Part shown: in pieces, positions 63,786-64,000 of the stretch | How positions within the stretch are numbered: the first letter of the stretch is position 1 | How the letters are laid out: every line of letters begins with the position of its first letter | Assembly: GCA_963709345.1 (NCBI GenBank) | Contig: CAVPVX010000011.1 | Coordinates: 18,391 to 82,390 of the forward strand | DNA from: an uncultured Actinomycetes bacterium | GTDB lineage: Bacteria > Actinomycetota > Thermoleophilia > UBA2241 | Length of the DNA stretch: 64,000 nucleotides | Reading direction: 5' to 3' | Position numbers and translations under genes: made by a program | The notes under the pieces: generated by a model | Told to the model about the DNA's origin: nothing | Seen by the model: only the letters and a program-made list of their open reading frames with translations | The model's database searches: none

Positions 63786-64000
63786 GCGAAATCCTCCTAT
63801 GAACGTGTCCGGCACCCCAGGCTCGGAACCCTCAAGGGAGTACGTCGGCGAACCGCACCCGTGAACCAGACTCTGGCCGGGCGTCAATGGGGATACCCTC
63901 CAGCCATCTAGCCCGATTGGCGCGATTCTCACAGCTCGTCAACCGGCTGGCAAGAGGCCGCCGCGCCAGACCGCGCGCATGGGTCGCGGTCGTCTTCGGC

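Overview
This 64 kb window is a ~72% GC bacterial chromosomal segment. Long stop-free antisense ORFs are common and were discounted. The gene order is Firmicutes-like (gltX-cysS-rlmB-yacP-sigH, dnaG-sigA, prfA-prmC, glyQ-glyS with alpha/beta subunits) despite the very high GC, which suggests a high-GC clostridial lineage such as Symbiobacterium/Thermaerobacter, or a deep actinobacterial lineage. I cannot verify which. Most of the window is housekeeping: TldD/PmbA, pyrE, GltRS, CysRS, PilT, two RipA-like NlpC/P60 hydrolases, PitA, Hbd, LysA, Hom, PFK, Rho, L31, ThyX, RF1, PrmC, RecO, GlyQS, PPDK, DnaG, two sigma-70 paralogs, tRNA-Asn and Amt. Three things stand out. (1) An intact pyrrolysyl-tRNA synthetase catalytic subunit (PylSc) sits at the left edge, translationally coupled to a CwlM-like amidase. 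Corrinoid-related genes are scattered nearby: a methyltransferase-type corrinoid protein carrying two compensating frameshifts, a DUF1638 protein, CobO, a canonical B12-binding radical SAM enzyme under putative PadR-box control, and a second B12-rSAM-like protein with a degenerate Cys motif. No pylT, pylBCD or TAG-containing methylamine methyltransferase lies inside the window. (2) A complete archaeal-type branch from 3-phosphoglycerate to cyclic 2,3-diphosphoglycerate is present: ApgM-type phosphoglycerate mutase, cyclic-2,3-DPG synthetase and 2-phosphoglycerate kinase, next to a PFK and a GDE-family glycosidase. (3) Single-base homopolymer indels are unusually frequent and break otherwise well-conserved genes (gltX, the corrinoid protein, ybdK x7, DUF1844 x2, prmC, a B12-binding protein, a small cupin-like gene). 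They are concentrated at 23.9-26.0 kb. This is either a sequence-quality problem or local gene decay. Other features noted: a palindromic operator pair ACGTAA-N3-TTACGT around a padR-2TM operon, TACTTG repeats upstream of the corrinoid gene, a partial tandem duplication of the amt 3' end, tandem sigA paralogs, tandem p60 paralogs, repeat-encoded insertions in Rho, and an unlisted 30-codon hydrophobic micro-ORF. Coordinates of non-ORF features may be off by 1-2 nt.
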